Of a stretch of DNA of 64,000 bases, positions 36,282 through 47,861 are shown one piece after another; within the stretch, counting starts at the first letter, position 1, and each line of letters opens with the position of its first letter. The DNA lies in contig QPMI01000712.1 in NCBI GenBank assembly GCA_004431415.1, positions 5,685 to 69,684 on the forward strand, read 5' to 3'. The DNA is from Cyanophora paradoxa CCMP329. Lineage: Eukaryota > Plantae > Glaucophyta. The notes beneath the pieces were generated by a model. It had not been told where the DNA came from, made no database searches, and saw nothing but the letters and a program-made list of their open reading frames with translations. A program made the translations under genes and the position numbers.

Positions 36282-38419
36282 CCAGTCGCGTCCGCCGCCT
36301 GTACCGCTGTCTGTACCCTCGAGTACACCGCGTGTCTTTGTGCGCGACCCATTCGCAAAATTGCGAGCACTCGTAGCTGCACACGGGGACCCCGGCCCGT
36401 ACGATTTCGCGGCGGCCGCACAGAAGTTTCGGGCGGGGCAACTCCAGCATTACGCGCATGCCTGGCGGGCTTACTTCCGGCGGGCTGACACGACGGTCCC
36501 CTCGTGGGTGGGCCTCATCCTGCGCAAAGGCTTGCGCCTCCCACTCCAGCACGCCGACGGCACGCCGGCAGCGTCGTTAGCAGACATTCCCCGCACGCGC
36601 GCCGAGGGCCCACGCCCCTCGTGCCACCGGACCCCAGAACACGAAGCCTTCGTGGACAGCGAGGTCGCGGCGATGCTGCGCCTCGGCGTCACCCGCCTTG
36701 CCACCGAGGAAGACGAACAGCTCGTCGTTAACGAGTCTTCGCTCTTGGTGGTCGACAAGGCCGGCCCAGACAAGTTCCGCCTGTGCCTCGACGCCACCCC
36801 CGTGAACCCGTTCATCCGCTTGCCGACGTTCCGGTACCAAACACTGGACGAGGTTGCGTCCTACCTCACCCCCGGCTGCTGGCTCGTGAAGTTCGACCTT
36901 AAAAAAGGCTACTATCACATCGCCCTGAACAAGGACACCCAGCGCCTCCTGGCGTTCCGTTGGCGCGGCAAACTCTACATTTACCAGGCCCTTTGCTTCG
37001 GCGTGAACATCGCCTGCTTCGCCTTCACGAAGGTCACGCGCGCCTTTGCCAAGTACTGGGCAGCGCTGGGCGTGAAGCTCTGCACGTACATCGACGACGG
37101 CCTGTTCATCTGCCCGTCGCGCGAAATCGCGGAGCTCGTCTCCCAGCACCTACGTGCTTGCGCGCCCGAGCTAGGCATTACGTTCTCGGAAAAGTCCGAC
37201 TTCACACCGACCCAGTGCACCGAGTACCTCGGCATCGAGATCGACGTCCGTCCGACCGCGGCGTTTTCGCGGTGACCCCGAAGAAGGTCGCAAAAACGCT
37301 CGCCCGCCTCGCCGGCGTCCTCGACCGGGCGCCCGGCCCCCGCGGCCTCACGGCGTCGGCTCGCGATCTGCAAAAGCTGGCGGGCTCACTCATCGCGCTG
37401 CGCATGGCGTTCCCGGCCGTTCGTCTCATGACTCGGCCACTTTTCGGCCTCATGTCGACCTCGGACGCCCTCGCCGACCCCTTCAATCAGTCGGCCGTCA
37501 CCATCGAAGGCCCAGCACTCGACTGCCTCCGCTGGCTCCAAGCGGCCCTCCAACGCCCGGAGCGCCCGGCGCACCCCATCTGGACGCCTCGGACCTTCTT
37601 CCGGCTGTTCACGGACGCCTCCGGCTACGGCTACGCCGCCTTCCTCGATCAGCTCGAGTCCGCCGACCCCACGGCCGTCCGCCAACGCCCCGCGTGGTCC
37701 GTCTTCGGCACCTTCCCCCCCGAACTCCGCGCGAGCGAGGGCCCCATGCGGTGCGGCGAGACCAGCAGCAACGAACGCGAGCTTCGCGCGATCGTGGCCG
37801 CCGCGGACGAGCTCTTCCCCGCCCTTCCGGTGGGTGCGCACGTTCTCATCCGCTGCGACAACCGCTCCGCCGTCGCGGCAGTCGCTCGGGGCGGCGGTTC
37901 GGCCCGCCTCTTTGACCTGAGCGCTCGCCTCTGGCACCGCTGCGCGGCTCTCGGCGTCTCGATCTCCGCCCGCCATTTGCCCGGCGCGGCCAACGTCTTC
38001 GCCGACCGCGGTTCCCGCGACGGCGCTCGCGCCCCGTCGCTGCATCGGGCCCTCCTCTCGCGGTGCCGCACGCACCTAGACGCCCCGCTTGCCGAGCACC
38101 ACCACGTCGCCTTCGAGGACGATCCGTGGCTTGGCAGCGTCCGCGCGAGCGCCCCGACCGTCCTTACGGTCGACTCCCGGCTGCGCGCGGCCCTGATCGC
38201 TTCCCTCCGACGCTTCCCAGCGTCCGGCCCTCTGGGCCTCCTGCTCCCCTCCCAGCCCAGCACCACCTGGTCGGTGGCCCTCGGGGAGCTTCGCCTCACC
38301 CCCGCCCCGCCGCCGTCACCTCTTTCCCGCTTTCTAGCCTCCCGTCCCACATCTTCTACTCTGGGCGCATCGGCCTCGGCTCCTCCCGCTGGCCCCTGGA
38401 ACTGACCTTCTGGCAGTAA
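36238..38419 (+). CDS. DIRS-type reverse transcriptase-RNase H with a possible degenerate methyltransferase-like C-terminus
   Basis: RT: KFRLCLD, KFDLKKGYYHI, LCFGV..ACFAFTK, YIDD, YLGIEID. RH: LFTDASGYG, SNERELRAI, RCDNRSAV, HLPGAANVFADRGSR. The tail LLLPSQPSTTWSVAL resembles the DIRS MT-like motif. Frameshift at ~37250. Confidence 0.9.
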
Positions 38420-39301
38420 CCCCGGCGCCCGCGGAGGCGGAGCTCGCGGCCTGGCAGGGGGCGGCCTTCGCCCCCGGCACGTCAGCGGGCCAACGGCGGG
38501 CGGCCCGCCGCTACTTCGAGTTCGTCGAGTGCCACGGCCTCGCGCCGGACGCAGAACGGTCCATCCTCCTCTTCCTGGCCGACGCGGCCACCCAGCGACG
38601 CCGCCATTCCGGAAAAGACCTCGCGGCGAGCACCGTTAAAGGCCTCGCCGCCCACGTGTGGCGCGAACTCAAACTTCGCGGCCTCGTCGACCCCACCAGA
38701 CCCCGCTCGTTCATGTACTCGACCGCATGGAGAGGCATGCAGGCCCGCCTGGGCCGCCCCGTAGCGCAACGCCGCGCCTTCTTGCCCGGCGACCTGCGCG
38801 CGTGGTTGACCACCCCATCGTTCCTGTCACGCGCCCCTCCCCGGCGCCTCCGCGACGCCACCGTCCTCGCGACCGGCATCGCGGGCTTCCTCCGGGGAGC
38901 GGAGCTGGTGGCGCTGCGGGTCGACGACCTCGAATTCTCACTCCTCCCTTCCCCCGCATCGCCCTCCACATCCGGCGCTCCAAAACCGACAGGACCGCCC
39001 ACGGCGCGGTGGTTTACCTCACCCCGGGCAAATGCCCGCCTCGTGCCCCGTCCGCCTGCTGTGCGCGTACGTCGCGAGCACGGCGGTGCAGGCGGCGCCC
39101 GGGACCCCCTCTTCCCCCGCCTCTCCGATCCCGCCGCGGCCATCACCGTTGGTTTCGTCCGCCGCCTCGTGAAAGAGGCCGCGGAGGCCATCGGCTACGA
39201 CCCGACCGACTTCTCGGGCCACAGCTTGCGCCGCGGTGGCGCGACGGCCGCGGCCCGCCGGGGCCTCCCGGCCACTTGGATCCGACGGCATGGCCGCTGG
39301 G
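38404..39301 (+). CDS. Tyrosine recombinase, 5' part (interrupted by the virus); start not defined
   Basis: GFLRGAEL (Arg box), IRRSKTD (Lys, across a frameshift), SGHSLRRGGAT (HxxR), RHGRW. Confidence 0.9.
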
Positions 39302-39544
39302 AAAAAATGAGAGTACCCCCATCAGGGTGGGCCCGCCCTCTTTGCCACCCTCAACCCCCAAACCCACCCCTCACTCACCCACTCCAGCGCCTTCCCAGCC
39401 CTCATTCTTTCCCACTCTCTCGCTACGTCTACCGCCCTTCTCTCCCTCTGGTCTACCTCCCCTTCCATCCAGCAACCACTAGGTAGTATCTAGTGTCTAG
39501 GTCGATCGATATTGCAAAACGATATAGCAGTGAATTGAGGCGGG
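39302..39544 (+). repeat. Left terminal inverted repeat of the virus (~243 bp; homology resumes for ~27 bp after an indel)
   Basis: AAAAAATGAGAGTACCCCCATCAGG...GAATTGAGGCGGG is the reverse complement of 50324-50567, with about 3 substitutions. Confidence 0.95.
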
Positions 39545-39717
39545 AGCGTCAGCCAGAAGGCTTCCTGCTCTTCGAGCCCCAAACGCGCCGGTCTTTGAAT
39601 CACCAACGGGTCACCGCAATTGAGGTTTCTCTTATTTTGTCTTAAAGAGATCCCTTTCCAATATTGCTATGTGAAGTTGCGTTTGGAACAAGCAAAAAAT
39701 TGTGATATATACTTCCA

Positions 39718-42700
39718 ATGGACGTTACCCAAAATAATGCAGCGACTCGGCGCTTCCGGTTGGCCAGAATCAAAGACCAGATCGAAGCGCTCGCGATTTC
39801 ATTGTATAATCGACGCGTCATACATGGAGCTTTCAAAAATAAATTGATTAGAATTTCAGCACAAGGGTCGAGAACACGGTTTGCAACTTTGGAAAAGTAC
39901 GCTTCACTTTTGAACGAACTTGCAAGACTTCCTAGGTCAGCGCGTCCTGTGTCAGGTCGTCGACTAGAGCTAGCGATTGCTGAGGGCCAGGCCGACATTG
40001 TTCGAGGGTTCTCAGAATTACCTGAGGTTGACGGTGGAGATGATGTTCAAATCAATGACAGCAATACGACTACAGCGCTTGACGGGCGATATGCGGAGTG
40101 GAAATACCAATTGCTCGCGGTTCTGGCCGCGTAACCTCGATGCAAGCCCGATTTGAGAACAACGAACTTTTCAAACAGAACGCAATAGCATTCGTTAGCG
40201 CCCAGGTAAATCTTGCAGAGGCGGTAAGAATGGGCATTGCACTACAAATCTCTGGATTAGCGGTATACAGAAAGCCAGAGACTGATACAACAATTGCAAT
40301 CATTATTGAGCATCGTCGTTTCGATCGCATCGAGCCAGGGCAAGCATCGAGACTGCTCTGCGCTCACAGCTGGAAGAACTAGACATTCTTGCGACAGAGA
40401 AAAGCAGGGATTCCTCAGTTTTCGACACATGGATACATCTGGTCTTTAAAACTGTGCGATACTTCCGCCGCATGGTGGTCGTGGACGTAGGTTCATACTC
40501 CCGCGGTGGCTTGTGGAGAAGCAGGCACTCATCAATATCGATGCTCCGAACAATGAATGCTTCAAGTATGCTGTACTTGCAGCTCAGCACGCGCTACGAC
40601 CGGGCCAGGATTCACGCAGTGCTTGTCATTATCGACCGTATGAGAGCTCTTTAGACTGCACTATGCTCACATTTCCCACCCCGCTAGATTCAAAGGTTTT
40701 CAAAAAGTTCGAGCAGGCTAACAACGTAAACCTATGTATTTATACGACAGCATTAGATGAACAGGACATTGTACCAATCCATATCAGCGCAGCAAAAGAC
40801 GCAATACCAATCTTGTATGTACCTGCAGGCAGCGACAATGATGTAGGGCATTATCTCTGGATCAAGAACATCTCACGTCTGTTTGGAAAACATGATTCTC
40901 CGCCAAACACTATTGTCTTGCGTGTCAAACAGGTTTTAGCTCAGGTGCTGCGTTTGAGAATCATCTTAAATATGACCGTTGCCTCGATCGAGACGAGCAT
41001 GCGAGAGATGTTCTGCCTAGAAAAGGAGCCCACATCCAGAAGTTTATTAACTATGAGTACTCAATCCGGCAACGTCTGGTCGGATATGCTGATTCAGAGA
41101 CGATTACAATGCCGATTCCCTGCATTAGTGGAAAGACCGAAAAGAAAGGTGTGCATGTGATTGCTTCAGTCGGCTGTCTGGTTGTATCTTCGAAAGGTGA
41201 ACAATTTTGTTTCAAATACATGGGTTCGGAGAGCGAGGACTGCGCTGAGAAGTTCGTGCAATGGTTGGACGAAATGGAACCACAATTTCGAGAGCTCTTG
41301 CGAGAGACTGCACCAATCCAGATGACTCAGGAAGAGGAGCAGCGTTTTCAAACGAGGACCGAGTGCTACATGTGCACGGACACGTTCAAGGATGCGAAAG
41401 ACAAGCACCGCGATCACTGCCACGATTCTGGACGATACCTCGGGCCGCCTGCAGAGCGTGCAATCGGCGTCGCGCAAAGGCAGCAGCCGTTCCAATATTC
41501 TGGCACAATGGTCGAGGATTTGACTTCCACCTGCTCGTGCGCGCTCTAGCATCTGGCTATAATCGCCGTTTAGCAGTTTGGAAGGAGTTTCAAGCACATG
41601 TCGAAAGCGAGTTTGAAAGCAAGTACGGTGGACGTGAGATGACCCCAGAGCAGAAAAAGAAGGTGAAGAAGGGGCTCGAACGCCGGCTCCGCCCGCAGAG
41701 TCTCCTTTCGATAAAATTCGATCAGTTCTTTCAGAATAGCGAGCGAATTTCGCAGTTCAAGTATGGAATTTACGTTCTACGCGACTCGGCTCAGCACTTG
41801 AATGCAAGCTTGGACGAACTAGCAAAGGCTCTGCCCGCGGAAAAGAAGAAGATCACGCGCTCGCTGCATCTGGACGAGACTCAGTTCAAGCTGATGACAG
41901 GCAAAGGCATTTACCCTTATGATTACATGACGAGCTGGGCTCGCTTTCAAGAGACTAAACTACCTGCACGTCGTTATTTCAAAAATCAGCTTAAACAGAA
42001 GAAATGCTCGAAAGATGAGTACGCACATGCCAAGGATGTTTGGCGAGAGCTCGGCTGCAGAATGCTATCAGACTATACAATGGAGTATATGATGACAGAT
42101 ATCACGTTACTAGCGACGTGTTCGAAAACTATCGCGATACGTGTATTGAAACGTATGGCCTAGATCCTAGCTATTTTATGTCATCGCCGGATTTGCTTGG
42201 CAGGCAGCACTTAAGCACACTGGAGTGAAGCTCGAGCTCTTTCACGAGGACAGCAGGATATGCACAGATTTATAGAATCGGGGATCAGGGCGGAATCTCA
42301 ATGATCTCAAAACGCTACGCACAAGCTGAGAACAAATATTTGAGCATAAAGTTCAACAAATACACCCACGCTGTTGAGCCTACAGTCTCACAGTCTACAT
42401 GCATGTCTAACTACTACCGAACACACAAGGAATCGTGGCTCATGTACCTCGATGCAAACAACTTGTACGGCGTCGCAATGAAGCGCAAGCTACCCACAGG
42501 AGATTTCCGCTGGATAAACTAGATCAAGACGTCGATGTAATGCAATACGTTGCAAGCCTTGACGCGGATGGAGCTCGTGGCTATGCTCTCGAAGTCGATA
42601 TGTACATGCCTGAGCATCTCCACGACGAGTTCTCAGACTATCCGCTGGCCCTGAACGGATGTGTGTGTCCAAGGAACACCTATCAAAGCGACAACAGGAT

Positions 42701-43761
42701 ATGATTAACGACGAGAAGCTTACCTCAGTTGAACGAACTCCAAAGCTCGTTCCGAATCTGCTTCCAAAAAAGAATTATGTTGTTGATGGACGCTTGCTTC
42801 AGCTCTATACGTCACTGGGAATGATAGTAACCAACATCCATCGGGTCCTATCGTACGAACAAAGCGCATGGCTAGGGCGTTTCATAGATCTCAATACTCA
42901 AAAACGTAAAGAATCGCAGTTCACATACCAGAAGGACCTTTACAAGTTGATGAACAACAGTGTCTTCGGAAAGACGATGGAGAACGTGAGAAAGCACTGC
43001 TTTTCAGAGCTTGTGACTTCGGGAGACCGTCTGGTGAAGATCAACAGCGAACCAAATCCGTTGAAGCAGGTGGTGATGTACGAAGAGAACTTGTATTCGT
43101 TTCCAAGCGCAAAAGTGAGTACAATCTGAACAAACCTATCTACTGCGGGTTCGTCATCCTCGAACTTTCCAAGCTGCACATGTACCGCTTTACTACCAGG
43201 TGCTCAAGCCGCTTTGGGCCAGCGGCTGACACTATTAGGTACGGATACTGACAGTCTCATCATCGCGGTTCGCACCAAAGATATCTATGCTGATTTACGC
43301 TCAATCAAGCATGAGCTGGATGTTAGCGACTACCCAGAGACACATCGATTCTTCGATGGCATGACAGCCGATGAGGTTCGAGCTCTACGATCGATGGGGA
43401 AAACTCCGGGATTATTCAAGGATGAGCTCCATGGTCTGCAAATGACAGAGTGGATCGCTAACCGGCCGAAATCTTACTATTATTCGCGTGAAGATTGCAC
43501 GGACAAGCAGGTATGCAAGGGTATTCAAAAGACGTACTACAACAGACTCACAAGGGATGTATTCCTCCGGTGCGTCTGTCCTAAAGAGGGAGAAAAGCAA
43601 TCGTATGACATCAAAGGAATTCTCGGTTTCCGCTCGAAACAACATGAGATTTATTTACAACGAACCTCGCGCCAGGCTCTCCATCCCTTGATACCAAACG
43701 CTTCCTCGAGACTGACGGGATCAACACCCGAGCGATTGGCCATTATAAAAATCGCGCCTGA
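39718..43761 (+). CDS. polB: Protein-primed family B DNA polymerase, with N-terminal terminal-protein/OTU-like region and endonuclease VII-like insertion (multiple apparent frameshifts)
   Basis: INIDAPNNECFKYAV; ExoI YADSET; CYMC..RDHCHDSGRY..CRACN; ExoII HNGRGFDFHLL; RDSAQHL; KGIYPYDYM; motif A YLDANNLYG; motif B KLMNNSVFGKTMEN; motif C GTDTDS; GLFKDE; ends DTKRF..GHYKNRA-TGA. Confidence 0.93.
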
Positions 43762-43770
43762 TTTACAACG

Positions 43771-44860
43771 ATGTACCAGATTACTGCGCCACGGGTGCGT
43801 GGCAAATTGACGTGCTGTTCATTGGGAGATTTCGCCTGTTCGCAGCGGTCGAGATTGCAACCCGTTTCGCTGTGGTACGTAAGCTCGAGACTTTTAAGCA
43901 GCTTCCAAAAATGATCGAGCAGCTACCTGGAATATGGGGCTTTTCAGGAGACAACGGCTTCAACACAGCGGCAATTCGGGAAATGGCTGAAGAGAACTCG
44001 TTGAAAATGCATACTGATGTGGCTAAGGATGATCACATTTCAAAAGGCTCCAAGCTGGGAATTATCGACAGGTTCGCGAGGACATTGCGAGCACTGATTC
44101 AGACTGATACAGAAGCTCGTGGCTCCCGCATTTCCTCTCACGTTTGCCGGCAATTGTCAAGGCGTACAATGAAACAGCCCACAGCTCTTTCGGCGGGGAG
44201 CACTCACCGAAGTGGATGCGGGAAAATACACAGGTAGCCGAGCAGCTGCATCAAGTTAGACAGCGACAGAACGATATTGAACGAGACAATTCGAACATAC
44301 CGCGCACAGGGACCGAAGTGCAAGTTCTCGAGCCGAAGCCAAGCGTTTTTGCGAAGGGAACCACAAAGCCAAGCAAGGAGACGTACATAGTTGCTGGCGC
44401 TGATAAGAACCGTGTTCGACTCGTTACGAAACAGGGTGTGGAAATTTCTAGACGTGTTAAACCATCGGAAATACGTCAACCGCGTGAGCTTGCACCTCAA
44501 ACACGAATCGAAAAAGAAGAAGTGCAAATGCGACAGCAGAGACGATTGAGACGTGAGGGTTTGATCGAAACGAAAAAATACAGCGGCCAAAGCCGGCAGT
44601 ATCGAGAGCTCAAGAAGCTTGAGATTGCAGGGGAGCCAAGCTACGAGCAGGTGCTAAAGCTGCATCACCTCGAGCTCTACAGAAGCTCCGCTCTTCGCGA
44701 GGCATCTACGCGCAATAGCATTCCTGTGGTACTCCCGGATCCGATCAGGATTCTCAGCTCGATACTTCGCTGTGATGGCAAGCTGTTTCAAACGGTATGT
44801 TTCGTTCGTGTGGCGCAGTTTGCGATTGCGTTCAGCATTCTTTCTGCGTCGCTCTGCTAA
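43771..44860 (+). CDS. Retroviral-like (rve) integrase of the virus; 3' end uncertain
   Basis: WQIDVLF, FSGDNGF, LGIIDRFARTLR, IVKAYNETAHSS; consistent with the 6-bp TSD; two apparent frameshifts. Confidence 0.85.
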
Positions 44861-44998
44861 AATCTCCGGGGTGACCTCGATCGGTTTAGGACCCTTCTTC
44901 TTCGGCTGATAAGGCTCCATTGTTAAAAGACGAACCTTAGGAGGTCGCCCACGGCCACGTTTAACCGCAGCGCAATCCGCAGTAATTGCAGAAGTCAT
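44654..44998 (-). CDS. Small basic viral protein with an AT-hook
   Basis: KRGRGRPPK followed by an Arg/Lys-rich helix (ERRRKNAERNRK..KYRAENPDRIREY). Confidence 0.65.
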   Translation of the reverse strand: MTSAITADCAAVKRGRGRPPKVRLLTMEPYQPKKKGPKPIEVTPEILAERRRKNAERNRKLRHTNETYRLKQLAITAKYRAENPDRIREYHRNAIARRCLAKSGASVELEVMQL

Positions 44999-45129
44999 TG
45001 TTCGGCTTGTCTCTCAATAATAAGAGACATAAATCCTTTTAAGACAAATTAGCGCGACTTTTGAGGCTTAAAGATAATGCAATCTGTAGATGTAACAAAA
45101 AAGTCGCAGACAAGCAGCTCGCTGCGCAG

Positions 45130-45660
45130 ATGGAGGTTATCGTTCCTGATGTACCAGAGGGCACTGCTTTGATCCCGCTGATAGGAATTCGCAATCGACG
45201 CAAAGTCATCGTCGCCTACGCTCTCGTGTCACACGATGATGCTGAGCGTGTGCTGGGATTTCGCTGGAGTTTGGACAATGGATATGCTCGAGCCAAAATC
45301 AACGGAAAGAGCGTGTACTTGCATACATTCATCAGTGGCAATCTTGAGAATGGGTTGACGTTAGATCATATCAACAACGATCCAAAAGACAATCGTCGCG
45401 ACAACCTCCGTTTAGCAACAGCTCGTCAACAGAATTTGAATCGTGGACAGCGGCGAGATAACACTTCAGGATACATTGGCGTCAGCTTCCATCAGCAACA
45501 TGGTAAATGGAAAGCATACTATAAGATAAATGACCGCCAAAAGCACATCGGTCTGTTTCAAACAGCAGAGGCTGCAGCTCGTGCTCGCGATGCATATGCA
45601 TTGGAACATACCAGCGAAGAGGACAAACCATTCTTGCGGTTGAACTTCCCACAGGTTTGA
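45130..45660 (+). CDS. HNH-AP2 homing-endonuclease-like protein
   Basis: YLHTFI, LDHINNDPKDNRRDNLR..QNLN (HNH); NTSGYIGVS..GKWKA..HIGLFQTAEAAARARD (AP2). Confidence 0.9.
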   Translation: MEVIVPDVPEGTALIPLIGIRNRRKVIVAYALVSHDDAERVLGFRWSLDNGYARAKINGKSVYLHTFISGNLENGLTLDHINNDPKDNRRDNLRLATARQQNLNRGQRRDNTSGYIGVSFHQQHGKWKAYYKINDRQKHIGLFQTAEAAARARDAYALEHTSEEDKPFLRLNFPQV

Positions 45661-45721
45661 ATGAAGGGAATAACACCCCTTGGGCGCAGCCGAGGCAGCT
45701 TGTCTGCCGATTATTTTTTTA

Positions 45722-46105
45722 ATGGAACTCGAATTCGAAACGGTAGAGGAAGAGTTTAATCTCGAAGACTGCTGGCCTGGAAGAACTCACGAATCGCCTG
45801 ATCATCTGATTTCGTTCGGCATTTACAAGGGCACATCGTTCCTGTGGATTGCCTCAGCGAAACCGGAATATACTAGCTGGTTGTTGCGACAGCCTTGGCT
45901 ACCGACTTTTGATCGCGCTGCTTTTTTACGCGCACAAAGCGCAATAGAGCCGAAGTCGTTCCAGACGATTTGTCAACAGAATAAACGCGGTCCGCGGTCG
46001 CAGCTTCATATATCAAAACCTGATACGAATGATTCAATTCAACGAAAAGACGCATTAGATTTGCTCGAGTCGCTCCGGCGTTGTATTCGTCGAAAACGCA
46101 GTTGA
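45722..46105 (+). CDS. Small viral protein with an FGxYKG..P.Y..WL motif (DUF3820/QSregVF_b-like)
   Basis: LISFGIYKGTSFLWIASAKPEYTSWLLRQ. Confidence 0.55.
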   Translation: MELEFETVEEEFNLEDCWPGRTHESPDHLISFGIYKGTSFLWIASAKPEYTSWLLRQPWLPTFDRAAFLRAQSAIEPKSFQTICQQNKRGPRSQLHISKPDTNDSIQRKDALDLLESLRRCIRRKRS

Positions 46106-46589
46106 ACTCTTTAACGTTTGAGAGAATTGATGAGAAACAGACGTACTCGCAATTCCTTCGAACTGTAGGGCTGATTCCACAAAGACGTTGAGTGGTTACA
46201 AAAAGGCTCATGTTATAATGACGCCCACTAGTAAAAAGCTTTTGCATTAATCGGTCGCTGTGGACGTTCACAAGGTCATTATCGAGCAAATCATCTAGAA
46301 CGATTGCAATCTTGCGCTCATCTTTCTTGCGTCGCCTTTCTTTTTGTTGCTCTAGAAGACTCTCAACCAAAACTGGATCCCATTCTTCGTGAATATTGTT
46401 TGAGCGAGTCGTGTCGTCCCACTGTTCTGTAAATGCTGTGGTACTAAATACGAAGATATCGTCTAGCTGCGGAGCTACTGCATTTAATACGTGTTTAACG
46501 TAGGTGCTTTTTCCCGAGTTGGTGGGGCCGACAAACAAGAACCGTTTAGGCAGTTTTATTTCTGTAGGATCAAACAGTTTGATATCCAT
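45873..46589 (-). CDS. A32-like (FtsK-HerA) genome packaging ATPase
   Basis: Walker A GPTNSGKS; Walker B IAIVLDDL; FTSGRHYNMSLFVTTQ. Confidence 0.92.
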   Translation of the reverse strand: MDIKLFDPTEIKLPKRFLFVGPTNSGKSTYVKHVLNAVAPQLDDIFVFSTTAFTEQWDDTTRSNNIHEEWDPVLVESLLEQQKERRRKKDERKIAIVLDDLLDNDLVNVHSDRLMQKLFTSGRHYNMSLFVTTQRLCGISPTVRRNCEYVCFSSILSNVKEFNCVFDEYNAGATRANLMRLFVELNHSYQVLIYEAATADRVYSVDKSSGTTSALLRFVRVKKQRDQKSVAKAVATTS

Positions 46590-47817
46590 CTAGAAGTTAC
46601 TTACCTTTAGAGTTGACATTTGATACGAGTTAATTACGAGAACATTGTGGCGCAGGACGTGGAAGTCAACAACTGCTGGCGCTGCGTTTGTGCAGCCGGT
46701 CACAGTTAGCGAGCAGTAGCTGCTGCTGGAATTAAAGAAGTCTGTGTAGCCGAGGACAGCGTTATGCAGTGAGTCTTTGCCAGATTTCGAAAGCACAATC
46801 CATAGACATTTCCGTCCTCGAAGCCAAGGGCTGAATTGCCAGTGGTTGCACCGCGGTATTGAGTTGGAATGTGATAGCACGATGATACAAACCCAGAGAT
46901 TGGCTTATTGCTGATGTCGAGAGTTCGGTTGTTGTGCATGATCTCAAACGAATCGATTTTCAGCGCATTTCCGTTGCCAGCAAATGAATTGTGATTGCGA
47001 GTGCCCAGGTGATTCGCATTACGCACTGTCATCAGGATCGCGTGCACAAGGCCGCTGACGTTGGCAAGGGAGATTTCGACTGCATTCCCCGCGTCGTCAG
47101 TCTTTAACTGCCTCGAGCGCTTTGAAATAATCTCGGTGAAAGGAATTCGAATACCACCGCTCTCGTTTGCAGATTTAAGCATAGACTCAGCCTCTTCGCT
47201 AGGGATATTCACGAACTGGCAAACCAGGGCACAATCCGTTAGAGTTGCAACAGCACTAGCGACAGTTCCAACCACGCCAGCCGAACGGAAGTCAATTTCG
47301 ACGGTTGGCATGTCAGCCAGTGCGAGCAGCGGGAAGTACGAATTGTCCAGAGCTGGGAGGGGATCTTTAGTACGTACTCGCGACTCGCATCGAGAATCTC
47401 AAGAGCCGCGTCCTTTCCAAAGCCGTAGCTGCTAGCAAAAGCCTGGGCGGACGCAACGCTATTATCAATGAGCGCGTTCACAGTGAGCCAGTCTCCAGGG
47501 ATCACCATCTTGAAGGATCCATGAACAAAGCGCACGTTTTCAATAAATGCACCAGCGCCATTAGGCAGCACCGAGGCGGCAGCTCCGCCAGCGACGCTGA
47601 CCTTAAAGTATAGCGAGACACCGTTTAGAAGCTGCTTGCGCGGAAGGTCGAAAGCGGCAGTCTGCGCGAAGCCGTACGAGTTGCCTCGCGGACGGATCGT
47701 TTCAAGGAAAGGCTTGAACTTGGGGCTGACACCGACAGTGAGACCTGGGGATAAATAAAGTTCGCTTGAACCTTTGGTAGTGAGGAGCTCCTTTAGAGTT
47801 GTTCCTGCTTGCGCCAT
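46590..47817 (-). CDS. Double jelly-roll major capsid protein (~410 aa, split by apparent frameshifts)
   Basis: ELYLSP..PKFK, GFAQTAAFDLPRKQLLNGVSL, FIENV, YVLKIP, YFPLLAL..VEIDF, C-terminal RHNVLVI. Size and position next to the ATPase and penton fit an MCP. Confidence 0.78.
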
Positions 47818-47861
47818 TTGCTATTATAGACCAGAAAATTTTCATGCATATTGTTGTAAAG

